Origin: Raja brachyura
Taxonomy: Eukaryota
Length of the DNA: 64,000 bases
Direction of reading: 5' to 3'
NCBI GenBank assembly: GCA_963514005.1
Contig: OY740791.1
Location: forward strand, 51,770,001-51,834,000
The translations under genes and the position numbers were made by a program. Shown piece after piece: positions 38,872 through 52,480 of the stretch; the stretch's first letter is position 1, and the number at the start of each line of letters is the position of its first letter. Below the pieces are notes generated by a model. It searched no databases. It was not told the origin of the DNA and saw only the letters and a list, made by a program, of their open reading frames with translations.

Positions 38872-39330
38872 TTGGACACGCTAGAGGCAGGAAACATGTT
38901 CCCGATGTTGGGGGAGTCCAGAACCGGGGGCCACAGTTTAAGAATAAGGAGCAAGCCATTTTGAACGGAGACGAGGTAACACTTTTTCTCACAGAGTGTG
39001 GTGAGTCTGTGGAATTCTCTGCCTCAGAGGGCGGTGGTGGCAAGTTCTCTGTTTCCTCGTCTGCATTTTAAATGGCTTACTCCTTATTCTTGAAATGTGG
39101 CGCCTGGTTCTGGACTCCCCCAACATCGGGACATGTTTCCTGCCTCTAGCGTGTCCAAACCCTTAACAATCTTATATGTTTCAATGAGATCCCCTCTCAT
39201 CCTTCTTAACTCCAGAGTGTACAAGCCCAGCTGCTCCATTCTCTCAGCAGATGACAGTTCCGCCACCCTGGGAATTAACTTTGTAAACCTACGCTGCACT
39301 CCCTCAATAGCAAGAATGTCCTTCCTCAAA
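38872..39330. mobile_element. Two CR1 3' fragments in inverted, convergent arrangement
   Basis: 38872-38960 (+) and 39070-39160 (-) are near reverse complements. 39160-39330 is almost identical to 12231-12400. Confidence 0.85.
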
Positions 39331-39749
39331 TATTTCCTTGTTCCACCCACCTACAGTCCCTGTACATTTGGCCCTTCCAAAGGTACGTCTACAATCCTGT
39401 CACTCCCCTGTACCTACTTCTATACACTCATGTTATTTTCCTCCCTTTGCTATCATTGTGGCCAAATACGCAGCACTATCCTTAACAATTGATATATGTT
39501 TGTCAGCAAGTGATAACACACTCTCCCATTTTCTTATTGATTCTCTGACTGCCCTTTATTTCATCATTCTAAGAGTTGTACTATACTCTGGGGAGAATGA
39601 AAAACTACAGCCCATCAGTGTGATGGGTTCTGAGACTTCCACTGCCCATGTCACACAGTCAAATACTTAAGCATTTTGGTGCAACCCAGCTGCTACTGGG
39701 CTTTGCTTAATGAAACTATGCAACTGGCCTCTTCTGTTCATTCTGTTTT

Positions 39750-40077
39750 AGTCAGAGGGCCTGAAGTGGAAAGGACTCGAATGCACACACACCGAGAAGT
39801 ACAGAAGGAAAACAAAATCCAGACACGATTGGAACCAAAAGATATAGACCACAAACTGACAGAACTCAAAACTGCTATCAAACCGAGAGAATGCTGAACT
39901 GCTATTGAACCAACAGAATGCAGAACTGAATGGTCAACACCCAGTTGGTTATGATCTCAGGTATTTATACCAAGTGATAGATCAGGGGAGCAGATTAAAT
40001 GCAGGTGTAACTCCTAATAGCTCAGGTGAGGAGTGTGGAAACAGTCTCAAGTGTCTGGAGGTGTGGCAAGTGTGACA
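39750..40077. mobile_element. Probable solo LTR
   Basis: (A)GTCAG...GTGTGACA flanked by a 5-bp direct repeat GTTTT. TATA-like TTTATA and the CAGGTG pattern are typical of fish LTRs. The first base is not the expected T. Confidence 0.55.
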
Positions 40078-42562
40078 GTTTTACTGCTGCTGCACGGTAG
40101 CCTCTCTCATAATCACAATGCATGTGCAATGGTTTTGTCAAGTGTGAGATTGTCCCCAAGATAAAGCCTGTTTGTCGTGATGAATAAGGACCTTTCACGT
40201 TCACCGGCTTAAGTAGCTCAGTCGGTCACAACATTTGGGGGCTTGTCCAAAATATGTGTGAGATCCATTATGTGGATCCAGTGCAGGTCATGTGTATTTT
40301 GAAGTGTAGCACCCCATAGGTAGATCTGTTCAATCCAACAACCATGGTAGGTAGAGATGAACACAATGATTAGTTGTAGCATGAGATGTAAAGTGCGGTG
40401 TCTGTTTGTGTAGATGTGTAATGGAACTGCAACCAGAGAGTGATATGTATTTAGATGAGAGCCCCCATTTAGTGAATCACACAAAGGGTGTTGGGTGTAT
40501 GGAACCAGCTGCAAGAGGAGGTAGTTGAGGCTGGGACTATCACAATTTATGAGAAACAGTTAGACAGGTACATACATGGATAGGACAAGTTTGGATGGAT
40601 ATGGACCTAACGCAAGTGGGTCTTGTGTAGCTGAGACATGTCGGGTGCTGTGGCCAAGTTGGGCCAAAGGGCCTGTTTCCACACTGTATCACTGAATGAC
40701 TCTACGAGTCAGATTAACCACAAACTGCTGATCTGCTGAGACCTGATGCTTGCAACCAGAAACATTAAAATTCCTGTCCCACTGACTCAGGCTGCTCATT
40801 ATGATGAGCTCCTCCAGCAGATTGTTTGTTGCTCCAGATTCCACCATCTGCAGAGTCCTCTGTCTCTTTCTTTAACCACTTCTCTTTTCTGTCTTGCAAC
40901 TGTTTGCTGCCCATCTGCATCTTGTCCCCTATTTGAAAATCCTGACGGAAAAAATAATGTTGTTAATGCAAGACTGGTGCACTGTAGCCCCTTTCCACTC
41001 CCCCACCCCACCACCACCAAACACCCATCACTGATATGATTGTCTTCACAACATGATTTTCTACTGCACAATGTTTCTTAGCAACACAGCTATTAAATTA
41101 CAGCTGAACCAGCTGTATTTTGCAAGTGTATTTTCTTCTGTTGAGGAAGTGCTCAGAATAGATTTCAAACTTTAACCAGAATAGTTCTCAGAACCAGTGC
41201 TACCAGTAACTGTTCTGAACTTCCATTATAAATAGCATTATTTATACTATCAAAGTGTCCTTTTATAACAAAAGAACATTGTACTTTCATTGATACTGGC
41301 AAAAACTGGCCAGTAAATAAACATTCTTTAGTACAAATTAATTTATTTGTGAATAATCTAGCTTTAAATAGCTGAAAACGTTATTACAATTCAAAATGGC
41401 TTCAAATTGAGAAATTTGCTTTGGAGAACTGGGAGGTCACGTGAGATATTCACAGAGACTGCAAAAAGTCTTGGTGCAATCTGTGAGACTTGGAGAAAGA
41501 TGCAAGAGAAAATTGGATGATTATGAAGATGGTGGCTGAAGGTTCAATTAAGAAAATGGGAACTCAGGAGAAAATTCCACTCAATATTGGACTGACAACA
41601 AATTGCAGTGTTTTTATTATCAATTTCAGATATTTTGTGTCCTCCTAAACCAAAAATCCACCGTAATCCGCTGCAATCGACATAGTTTTAAACTGGCAGA
41701 CCACCCAAATCACAGTTGCACATTTGGAAGAGCTGCTGCCTCACAGGGCGAGAGACCCAGGATCGATCCTGACCTTAGGAACAATCTGTATGGAATTTAC
41801 ACATTCTCCCCATGACCGAGCGGATTTCCTCCGGGTGCTCCCGTTTCTTTCCACTTGGTTGTGTTGGGACGTTACCTCGCCATTTGAAAGGATATTGGAA
41901 GGAAGCAAAATGTCGACGACTATGGGAAATGAGAGAATTTACTATTATGCGCTGATAATATGTCAATGTACTTGCATTGCAGCAAAGTTACTGATTTGGT
42001 TCCCTTTGGTTTAGTTGCGTTTATTTCAGTTTACAGATACGACACTGAAATGGGTGCTTCGGGCCTCCAATCCACCATGACCATAGATCACCCGTACTAG
42101 TTTTATGTTATCCCACTTTCTCCTTCACACACTGCTGGGAATTTACGGAGGCCAATTAAGCCACAACCCCACGCAATTTTGGAGTGAGACTGGAATACAG
42201 ATGAATCAATCCGGATAAGGCAAACTGACAGTGTCTGAATATGATCATAAAATCCCAGATTACAGAAGTGACAATATTCCAGTGGCAGAGACCACAGATT
42301 GATTATTAGGACTGGATGTTACAATCCCTAAGATTTCACTACAATTGACATTCTTGGGTATGATTACCAGGTGAATTTTGCTAACAATCTGTCACATCTT
42401 CAGTTGTGCACAAAGTAAAGATCTTTCCCCGTGTAATTATGTGTGACCTGTTCTAAAGTGATCCTGGGGACACGAATTTCAAGCTAACTGTGCTCAATCC
42501 AACACTTGCCAAGTATCAATTTACTGATGCTCAGTATAAAAGCTGCACATTATTTCTCGCAG

Positions 42563-42662
42563 GGAATCCACATAATAATGGGAAGGTTTATCTGCAGCGG
42601 TTTGCCAGCTGTTTTAATTTTCCGTTTCTTTAATTTCCTGCTTCAAGCTGTTTCCACACAGA
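42563..42662 (+). pseudogene. Leader exon of IgSF paralog B; ATG at 42578
   Basis: tttctcgcag|GGAATCCACATAATA ATG; encodes MGRFICSGLPAVLIFRFFNFLLQAVSTQ; phase-1 donor A|gtaagt. Paralog of 6830-6929. Confidence 0.8.
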
Positions 42663-42899
42663 GTAAGTGCTTGCTCTTCACTGGTGACAATCACCTTGCT
42701 TACTTTATCATTTTCCGTTGTGTTTAAGAAGGAATTGCAGATGCTGGAATAATCGAATGTAGACAAAAATGCTGCAGAAATTTAGCGGGTGAGGCAGCAA
42801 ATATGGAGTGATGGAATAGGTGACGTTTCGGGGCGAGACCGTTCTTCAGACTGATGAGGGGACGGGGAGACGGGGGGAGGGAAGAAGAAAGCTTTTTAT

Positions 42900-43180
42900 C
42901 ATTTTCCGTGTACACCCCCACCCCATTGTCAATCTCACTTTCTCTCAATGCCCATGAAAGAGCTGCTGCCTCACAAACACAAGCCAAGTTGACTTTGGAC
43001 ACCAGCTCCACCTTGCCGACACCTCCACAGTATTCACATTGCCAGACTACACGTGGGACGTCCAGGACTGGCAGTGCAGAATCCCCCCCAACCAAACACT
43101 GTGATTCCCAATCCGTTGTCTTCTGACCCACCACAAACCCTTTCTCCAGCCATCGACTCCATCCGTCTCCCCAGCAACTA
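42900..43180 (+). mobile_element. Ancient L2-like relic, positional counterpart of 6175-6750
   Basis: GGACACCAGCTCCACCT...CCAGACTACACGTGGGACGTCCAGGACTGG...GTTGTCTTC matches the reverse complement of 6200-6380. Confidence 0.6.
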
Positions 43181-43248
43181 TATGTAGCCGAAATGACCGG
43201 AAAATATGTTTAAAGTTGTAATTTCTTCATTGTTTCTCTTTCCAACAG

Positions 43249-43385
43249 AAAACAGAAATTGGATTTATTTCTTGGATAATGGAGGCGACATTGTCAGTGT
43301 TAAAAGGACCGGACAATCCTGGGGGTGACATATTATCTGGGAATAGGAACCACACTCAGGACGGGGAATCCATATAGTGGTAAAT
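43249..43385 (+). pseudogene. 5' part of a disrupted first Ig-domain exon of paralog B
   Basis: Strong acceptor ttgtttctctttccaacag|. Frameshifted, stop-containing translation (..GGDIV..KGPDNPGGD..IWE*EPHSG). Cut by transposon insertions. A possible 3' remnant with donor lies near 44520-44604. Confidence 0.5.
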
Positions 43386-43388
43386 AAA

Positions 43389-43670
43389 AGCCCTGTCTCA
43401 CGGTGCGAGTTGACCCCGGGTTTTCACTCGCGGTAAACACGTACAATTAACGTAGCGGGAACGTCGGAACTCGCGCGCGCAACTTAGCGACTCGTGGCGC
43501 TAACGGCAGGTACCCGTGAAACTTGTTAACTGGTGTAAAAAAGTCAAACATATTTGAGGTTTTCCACTGGTCAAATTTACTGTTCAAGTTAAAAATGGAA
43601 ACATTTAAACTCGTAATAACGTAGTGGCCTGTGCGTTTACCTTAGTGACTCGTGAGTCTACCGTGGGCAA
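43389..43670. mobile_element. PIF/Harbinger-like MITE fragment
   Basis: Begins AGCCCTGTCTCACGGTG, like the AGGGCCTGTCCCAC Harbinger-type end at 54583; CpG-rich; degenerate CCGTGGG right end. Confidence 0.55.
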
Positions 43671-43709
43671 AGCAGCATCCCTGGAGAGAAGGAATTGGTG
43701 ACGGGGTGA

Positions 43710-44500
43710 CATAGAAACATAGAAACATAGAAAATAGGTGCAGGAGTAGGCAATTCGGCCCTTCGAGCCCTTCCTGCATCTAGCCTGTCCAACCCCTTAA
43801 GAATTTTGGAAGTCTCTATGAGATCCCCCCTCAATCTTCTAAATTCCAGCGAGTACAAGCCGAGTCTATCCAGTCTTTCTTCATATGGATATGCACGCCA
43901 TCCCAGGAATCAGTCTGGTGAACCTTCTCTGTACTCCCTCTATGGCAAGAATGTCTTTCCTCAGATTAGGAGACCAAAACTGTACGCAATACTCCAGGTG
44001 TGGCCTCACCAAGACCCTGTACAACTGCAGTAGAACCTCCCTGCTCTTGAACTCAAATCCTTTTGCTATGAATGCCAACATACCATTCATTTTTTTCACA
44101 GCCTGCTGCACCTGCATGCCTACTTTCAATGACTCCTCACAGCTAACACTGCCCCCCAACTTTGTGTCATCTGCAAACTTGGAGATCATGCATTCAATTT
44201 CCTCATCCAGATCATTAATCTATATTGTAAATAGCTGGGGTCCCAGCACTGAGCCTTGCGGCAACCCACTAGTCACTGCCTGCCATCCTGAAAAGGACCC
44301 GTTCACTCCTACTCTTTGCTTCCTGTCTGCCAGCCAGTTCTCTATCCACATCAATAGTGAACCACCAATACCATGTGCTTTAAGTTTGTATACTAATCTC
44401 TTGTGTGGGACCTTGTCGAAAGCCTTCTGAAAGTCCAGATATAACACATCCACGGGTTCTCCTTTATCCACTCTACTAGTTACTTCCTCAAAAAATTCAA
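43710..44500 (-). mobile_element. CR1 RT and 3' end with internal deletions
   Basis: YLDFQKAFDKVPH, SGLPQGSVLGP, KFADD, RPHLEYC; (CATAGAAA)3 tail. Confidence 0.93.
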
Positions 44501-44759
44501 ACATGTCTCACGGTGGACTCCTTTAAGCATTTATGAAGAATCGGAGTCACTTTGATGACAAAAAATGAAATATTCAATATTTATAAATCTGTTTACTTCT
44601 AAAAGTTGGTGCCATTCAGAACCATTCCAACAGCTTGAGAGCTTTAGCAGAGGAGGAACATTGGGCTGTGCCTTTGCCTCCTACAACTAAAGCAAAACAG
44701 CAGATTTTGCGGAGAGATTGCAGAGCAGTCTGGTGTCATGCAAAATAAAACTAAAGTTG

Positions 44760-45225
44760 ATGAGAATGCTCCAGGGGATCATTGGTTTAACGTATGAGTG
44801 TTTGGTGGCTCTGGGCTTGTACTAGTTGGGGTGTAGAACGGGCAGATCTCATTGAAACTTACCGAATAATAAATGTCTGGATAGAGTGGATGTGGAGAGG
44901 ATTTGTCATTGGTGAGTCTAGATCATACAGCACAGCCTCAAAATAAAAGGACATACCTTTAGAATGGAGATGAGGTGGAATTGCTTTAGCCAGAGGATGA
45001 TGAATTTGGGGAATTCATTGCCACCGATGGCTGTGGAGGTCACATCATTGGGTATTATTAAAGAGGAAATTGACAGGTTTTTGATGGGTTAAGGGTGTCA
45101 AATGTTACAGGGAGAAGGCAGGAGAAAGGTGTTGAGGGAAATGTGGACCAGCAATGATTGAATGGCAGAGTAGACCTGAAGGGCTGAATGCCGTAATACT
45201 GCTCCTTTGACTTATGAACTTATGA
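44760..45225 (+). mobile_element. Older CR1 3' end
   Basis: Decayed DLIETY/HSL/LGNSLP region and the CR1 3'UTR hairpin region GGGCTGAATG..CTGCTCCT. Confidence 0.7.
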
Positions 45226-45460
45226 ATAAAGAGCAATAACAGAATATCTGAATGAGGTAGAGGTAAGAGTGAGAACACGTGGTGGCACCTCCTGGAAGAG
45301 TGAGTGAAATAGATGATTATTTCAGTTGTCTAAAGGTACTGGGGAAGAAGTTGTTCATAAATTTGAATGTCTAGGTTTTCAGCTGAGGTGAGATTGAGCC
45401 CAGTCATTGGACTGTACACACCACTACTCACTCTGAATCTCATTGATCTGTTTTTCACAG

Positions 45461-45730
45461 TTGAGGCAAGTCCACAGCGCCCTGTGCTGGGCAGTGACAT
45501 CACACTCAGATGCACCATCTCCGGACTCTCAGATACAGTCAGTCTTCACTTGGGACTAATGGACTCATCCCAGCAGAACATGAGGAACACTGACCAGATC
45601 CGCCTGAATGACACAGTCTATCTGATGATCTGACTTGTTACAGTGAAGGATGGGAAGCTGTATGTGTGTGAAGTGCAGGAATACGGAAACATTGTTGACA
45701 CACGTAACGCAGGTTTTACTGTAGAATGGA
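45461..45730 (+). pseudogene. C2-type Ig exon of paralog B with a premature stop
   Basis: tttttcacag| ... |gtaagt, 270 nt, phase 1/1. Reads (V/I)EASPQRPVLGSDITLRCTISGLSDTVSLHL...VYLMI*LVTVKDGKLYVCEVQ...FTVEW. TGA at 45631; the C-strand Trp position is Leu. Confidence 0.88.
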
Positions 45731-46056
45731 GTAAGTGTGCACACCTCCCATTAGATTTGTAGACATTTGTATCATCGGTGCTTCTTGCAATGTCTAATGT
45801 GCAGCCTGTGAAGAACTGTGGACAGTGACCAACTGCTCTTATGCATAAAATGCTGAATGATCAGAAAGAAGTTTCCAGAAAGTCTCTCTGTGGAGCAGCT
45901 GTTTGCTTGGCTCTGTGTGACAGACACGCAGCACTGGAGGGGTGATGACTTTCTGTAACTATTGTTCAGTAAAGTATTTTGTCAGTTTACCTTGCCATCA
46001 ATGCTCCAGTATCTGAGACTGAGATACTGATACAGGACTCACGTCAAAGTGTCAGA

Positions 46057-49000
46057 TAGATATATTTTGATCAAGCCTACTCGCCAGAAGTCCAGAGAAA
46101 GCGTAAGGAGGTACCACAGGTGATTAAGCAACTGCTGGAGAAAAATATTAAAGCCAAGTCTCCATTCCCAGCACAGCTCAAGATCTTCCTAGATTCTGGA
46201 GTTAAATCCTTCAGGACATTGACAGGCGGTACCTACACTGGAGAAGATGGAGATTTACATCAGATCAGAGTCCGGAGATGTGTAAATAGAGAACTGCTGT
46301 GAGTCCACTGGTCAGGAGGGATAAATAAAGCAAGCAACCAGAGAGGATTGGCAAATCTGTCAGAGGAAGATCTTCGCACCATACTGGGTATCATAGGAGA
46401 TGGACTATAGACAGGTTTGAAATAAGCACAGAAACGTGGGTCATATGTGCAAATGGTAAAATGTCTGAAAGAGACCATTGAGTTAATGAAGTGGACAATT
46501 AACATCTATACGATCAGATGCTAGTATAAGATGAGACAAATAATATCTCTGGTTCCGTTTTGTTTTCTTGATGAAGGGTAACTATGCCACATTTTACAGC
46601 ACATGTACGGCTGGTTTTGTAATGTATTATATTTTCTAATTGATTTAAATGTACTATCGAAGAGAGGGATTGAGGGGGGCTCTCTCGGGTGGGGGGGAGA
46701 TACCTGTCATTTATTTTTGTTTATAATTGTAATTCAAAAGTCCCAAAGTGGGATTTAGAGCAACCTTACTGTAGTTGCAACCACACATAAGTGGGCTACC
46801 CAGGAGGGACCTAGTCACATCTCTTCGCCTTTTTACGAGGAGCTGTAAAATCTAGTTTAAGGTGTCCAGATGGGTTCGTTAGGTAGGAAGTCCCTTTCTT
46901 TCTTTATTTTTGGTCCTATGTGTAAAGTTTTATTGTATATTGATTTAATTATTTGTTTATTGTTTATTGATTTGTTTATTTGGCAAATGTTTTTCATTGT
47001 TACATCGCACACTAGTAAATTGTATTTTGAGCACAGCGATATTCACAGGCTAACCAGAGCAAGGAACAAAGATGGTATAGAAAGCAACTGGTAGATTACA
47101 CCATGTGGGATAATGACTAATTTAAAGATAGTAAGTTATAACGTTAACTGTTTAAATGACCTATAAAGGGGAGAACAATTCTGAGCCAACTAAAAAAATT
47201 AGGATGTGGAGTTGCATTGATTTAGGAAATGCATCTGGTGGAAACTGAACATGAAAAGCTAAGAAGAGAGTGGGTTGGTGAGGTATTTAGTGCCTCCTAT
47301 GGGAAAAGGAGAGGAGTGGCTGTCCTTTTCAATAGAAATGTAGTTTTCTCTGTGGAAAAAGAACTTCAAGATACATTGGGGAGATATGTAATGGTAATTT
47401 GTACAATAAGTGGGATGTTAGTATCGATTATAAATATCTATGCACCAACGGAAGATGATTACTCTTTCTTTAGAGACATTGAAAATATAATTACAGAAAA
47501 TGCCAAAGGTATAATAATACTAGGTGGTGATTTCAATGCGGTCCTTGATAGGAGGCTGGATAGATTAGCAGATGAGTACAACCAAACAAAAAAAAAATAT
47601 ATATTAAATAATAAGCTAGGGGAGTTAGGATAAGTAGACTCATGGAGATATAAAAATCCAAGAGGGGGGATTATAGTTTATTTTCAAATGTGCACGGGAG
47701 CTACTCGCGTATAGACATGGTTTGTGTTCTCAAACAATATACATATAAAGTGGTAGATTGTAAAACTGGTTCAATAACAATCAGTGACCATGCGCCCATA
47801 ATTCTTCCCTTGGAGTTAGGAACTGAAAAGAGTTTTAAATACTGGAGAGCAAACATTTCTTTATTGACAGATAACGTAGTGACACAGGAAATTAGGACTT
47901 GTATTAAAGAGTATTTTGACCACAATTACAATAGTGAAGTAACATTATCCATGCTTTGGGACAGTGCAAAAGCAGTAACAAGGGGGAAAATGATTAAAAT
48001 ATCGAGTAGTGTAAGGAAGAATAGGTTGAAGACGCAATCTGACTTGGAAAGTAAAATAAAGATATTAGAAGTAGAACACAAATATACCAATAGAAACAAG
48101 ATTTTGTTAAAGGACCTCAAACAAAAAAGACATGAGTTAGAAGAACTTCTAAAATATAAAGCGGAAGGAGACCTTCGATTCTTAAATCAAAAATACTATG
48201 AGAAGAGAAATAGGGCTAGTCGCCTTCTGGCATTTCAGTAGCGTAAGGAGCAAACAAATTGCGTAGTTTCCAAACTTCTACATCCGATTTCTAGAAATGT
48301 AGTCTCACAACCACGAGAATTCACAGAAGTGTTTGCATCCTTCTATGAACAGTTATACAACACTCCTGAAATCATAGATAAAGAGGAAAAGGTCAGAACT
48401 TTCTTTTCTGGATTTAAAATGCCCTGCCTTTCTCAAGAAGAAACGAGAAATACGGCAACACAAATAGAAGAGCAGGAAATAAAAGAAGTAATAAAAAAAT
48501 TAAAGAACAACAAGTCCCCGGGGACGGATTGCAGGAGAGTTTTATAAATGTTTTGAGAATGAGCTTTCTCCAATTCTGGCTAGAGTCTATAATTATGCCT
48601 TGGCTGAAGGTAACCCACTGAGATCATGAGCCGAGGCTATAATCTCTGTCATTGATAAGGAAGGGAAGGATCCCACAGGATGTGAAGGCTACAGACCGAT
48701 AAGTCTCTTATGCAATGGCTTAAAGATACTCAGTGCTATATTAATCAAGAGAACCCAAAAAATTATTAAAAAAATTGATACATCCTGATCAAACAGGGTT
48801 CATACCCCGCAGACAGGGAGCCAATAATATTAGGTGGGTCCTGAATATCATGACATGTGCAAAAAGGAAGCATCAGACTTCAATGCTATTAAGTTTAGAT
48901 GCTCAAAAGGCTTTCGACAGAGTATATTGGGTCTATCTTGAATATAACTAGATAAAATGGGGTTCCACACAAAATTTATTAATTGGGTGAAAACATTATA

Positions 49001-51090
49001 TTTAAATCCAAAGTCAAGAGTGAGGGTAAATGGATGTTGCTCTGAGTTTTTTGAATTAAAGAGGGGAGTTAGACAAGGAGACAGTTTGAGTCCCCTGCTT
49101 TTTGACTTGTGTTTAGAGCCGCTCGCAGAAACTATTTGGCAAGATGACGATATTGAGGGCATTAAAGATGATCGGGGGGGGGGGGGGGGACAAAACATTT
49201 CACTATTTGCAGATGATGTTATGATCTATGTGAGTAATCCTATTTCCTCAGTGCCTCGCCTAATGCAAGTCTTACAGGAATATGGAGAAATATTGGGATA
49301 TAAAATAAATGACTCAAAATCAGAAGCAATGATGCTGTTCGGTCTGTGGCCCTCGCAATTAAATGATCAGGTCAGGTTCCATTGGTCTCGGGAGGGTTTT
49401 AGATATTTAGGTATTGTCATCACTTCCTCTATCACCGCATTGTATGAAGCTAATTATGGTAAATTACTCAAGAATATTAAGGCAGACCTGCACAGAAGGG
49501 ATATTCTCCATTTATCTCTAATTGGTAGAGTGTAAGTTGTTCGAATGAATATTTTGCCCCGACTGCTTTTCTTATTTCAATCTTTACCAGTACGGGTCCC
49601 TGGCGCAGCATTTAAGGCGTTAGGCAAAGAGTTAACAAGATTTGTGTGGCAAAATAAGAGACCCAGAGTCAGACTTAAGACACTGTTGTTATCAAAAACA
49701 AAAAGGAGGCCTAAATATGACCAACTTTAAATATTATTATTGGGCAGCACAGCTAAGAACCTTGATAGCATGGTGAACAAACGATGAGGAAATGCGATGG
49801 GTGGAAAGAGAACAAAATGCATGTCCTAGTATTGCCCTGGCTGAGCTCCCATTTCTAACTCAAGTAAATTGGAAGAAATTAAAAGTAGATAACGATTGGA
49901 TTAAATTCACGATGAAAATGTGGTTAGATATCAGAAAGCAATTAAATCTTTTTAATTTGATATCTAGAGCAATGTAGATAGCTGCTAGTCCCACTTTTAT
50001 ACCCAGCAAAATTGATAAGAGATTTAGAAACTGGGCAGATAAAGGGCTTATTACTGTGGACCAGCTTTTTTGTGGGGGAGTCTTGAAATCTTACGAGCAC
50101 TTGCAGAATGAATTTGGACTGTCAGGGTTGGATTTCTTTAGGTTCCTCCAAATACGGCACTACTTACAGACACATGTAGATTGGGAGCAGATATGTGGAC
50201 TACCTTCAAATTTGGAAAATACTTTCTTGATGACTATAGAGGGAGTGTTACAAAAGAATTTGATATCCCATTTATATCAAGGACTTCAAGACTATATAAA
50301 AGGAAATACTATAGAAACAAAACAGAAATGGGAATTGGAAATGAACATTATTATTACAGATGAAATATGGGAAAGGACATGTCTCTTGGCCATAAGCTGA
50401 CAAGCAGCACCTCTTGGAGGGGGTTCGATTAGAAAATTAAAATGAGAGTATATAGGACCCCTTTAGTGTTGGCAAGATACAGTAACACATAAGCCTACCC
50501 CTTATGCTGGAGACAAAGTGGGAAGATCGGTGATCACACACATATTTTTTGGGATTGTCACAAATTGTACCAATACTGGAGAGACATCCAGGTAGATATT
50601 ATATTAATTCTGGGAGTGGATCTACCTTTGGAACCGACTTGTTTTATATTAGGAGATACTCCAGCAGCAACAGATATTCAAATTCAGAAATATTTGCTTG
50701 GGGTGACGCTGTTGATTGCTAAAAAGAAGATCACAGTGCTATGGAGAAAGGAAATGCCACCAAATGTTCAACAGTGGAGGAAAAGATTGAAAAATGTATA
50801 CTTGATGGAAGTATAACTGCTAAACTCCAGTTGAGGACCGATGCCTTTAATATTATATGGAAACCAGTACTATTACAAATGCCAAGATTGATTAAGGATA
50901 TGAATGGATGAGCTTGCTATGGTGCCTGTGAATAAGATGCTTCTATGACAGAATGTTAAGAGGATCTGATGTGATGCAAATAGAGGTTAAGTGATTTGTA
51001 TTTTGTCATTTTGCGATTGTCTTTTGTATGACTCTTTGTTTTGTCTGTATGTGTATTTTGTTATGTTAATAAATGTTGAGTTAAAAAAAA
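46057..51090 (+). mobile_element. L1-clade LINE, 5'-truncated within ORF1; full-length but inactivated ORF2
   Basis: ORF1 tail (IYFDQAYSPEVQRKR..FPAQLKIF). Endonuclease (SYNVN, NIYAP, GGDFN, SRID, SDHAP) and RT (GVRQGDSLSP, LFADD) motifs. AATAAA and A8 tail. 12-bp TSD CAAAGTGTCAGA at 46045-46056 and 51091-51102. Confidence 0.95.
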
Positions 51091-51562
51091 CAAAGTGTCA
51101 GAAAGTTTTGTCACAATGACAACCACCAACACTTGCTGCTGACACTCACACTGGGGGTCCCGGTGCACACATCAGCACTGAACAACAATCTGTCCCCTCT
51201 CCCCTCACTGACCTTTTTCTCCGAGTCCTGCTGCTGTTTGAAGTGATTCCAGCTGCTGCAGACTCGGGCTTCAGATCAGCATTCAGCTGGAAGCAGGACC
51301 TGGGGAAGAGAGAAGGGCAGGGAATCAATGGAATGGCAGAGGGATGGTGGGAATAATGGGAATGAAGGGACGGGAAGACACAAAGCGCTTGAATTGCCAA
51401 CCTGTCCGGATCAGGCCCCGCGCAGGCGACATCTTGGCTGCTTCTGTCTGCAGCCTGAACCTGCACCACCTCCTGCAGATTGACAGAGAGTTTCACCACC
51501 CGGACTGCACTCGTGAGTCTTCGGGAGGTTTCATTCCATCCCGGGAGATTAGAAAAATAAAA

Positions 51563-52480
51563 ACATAGAAAATAGGTGCAGGAGGAGGCAATTTGGCCCT
51601 TCGAGGCAGCACCGCCATTCATTGGGATCATGGCTGAGCGTCCCCAATCAAAAACCCGTGCCTGCCTTTTCCACATATCCCTTGATTCCACTAGTCCCTA
51701 GAGCTCTATCTAAATCTCTCTTAAATCCATCCAGTGATTTGACCTCCACTGCCCTCTGTAGCAGGGAATTCCACAAATTTGCAACTCTCTGGGTGAAAAA
51801 GTTTTTTCTCACCTCAGTATAAAATGGCCTCCCTTTTATTCTAAGACTGTGGCCCCTGGTTCTGGACTCGTCCGACATTGGGAACATTTTTCCTGCATCT
51901 AGCTTATCCAGTCCTTTTATAATTTTATATGTTTCTATAAGATAACCCCTAATCCTTCTAAACTCCAATGATTACAAGCCTAGTCTTTTCAATCTATCCT
52001 CATATGACAGTCCCGTCATCCCAGGCATCACAGGAACCTACGCTGCACTGCCTCAATCACAAGGATATCCTTCCTCAAATTAGGAGACCAAAACTGTACG
52101 CAATACTCCAGATGTGGTCTTACCAGAGCCCTATAAAACTGCAGAAGAAACTCTCTACTCCTCTACTGAAATCCTCTTGTTATGAAGGTCAACATTCCAT
52201 TAGCTTTCTTCACTGCCTGCTGCACTGCATGCCAACTTTCAGTGACCGGTGTACAAGGACACCCAGGTTTCACTGTACCTCCACTACCTAACCTAACCCC
52301 ATTGAGGTAATAATCTGCCCCTTGTTTTTGCCACCAAAGTGGATAACCTCACATTATTCTATATTATACTGCATCTGCCACACATCTGCCAACTCACTCA
52401 ACCTGTCCAGGTCACCCTGCAACCTCCTAACATCCTCTTCACAGTTCACACTGCCACCAAGCTTTGTGTCATCCGCAACC
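51563..52480 (-). mobile_element. CR1 3' fragment
   Basis: CATAGAAAATAGGTGCAGGAG tail; IETYKI, RTRGHSL, NFFTQRVANLWNSL. Confidence 0.9.
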
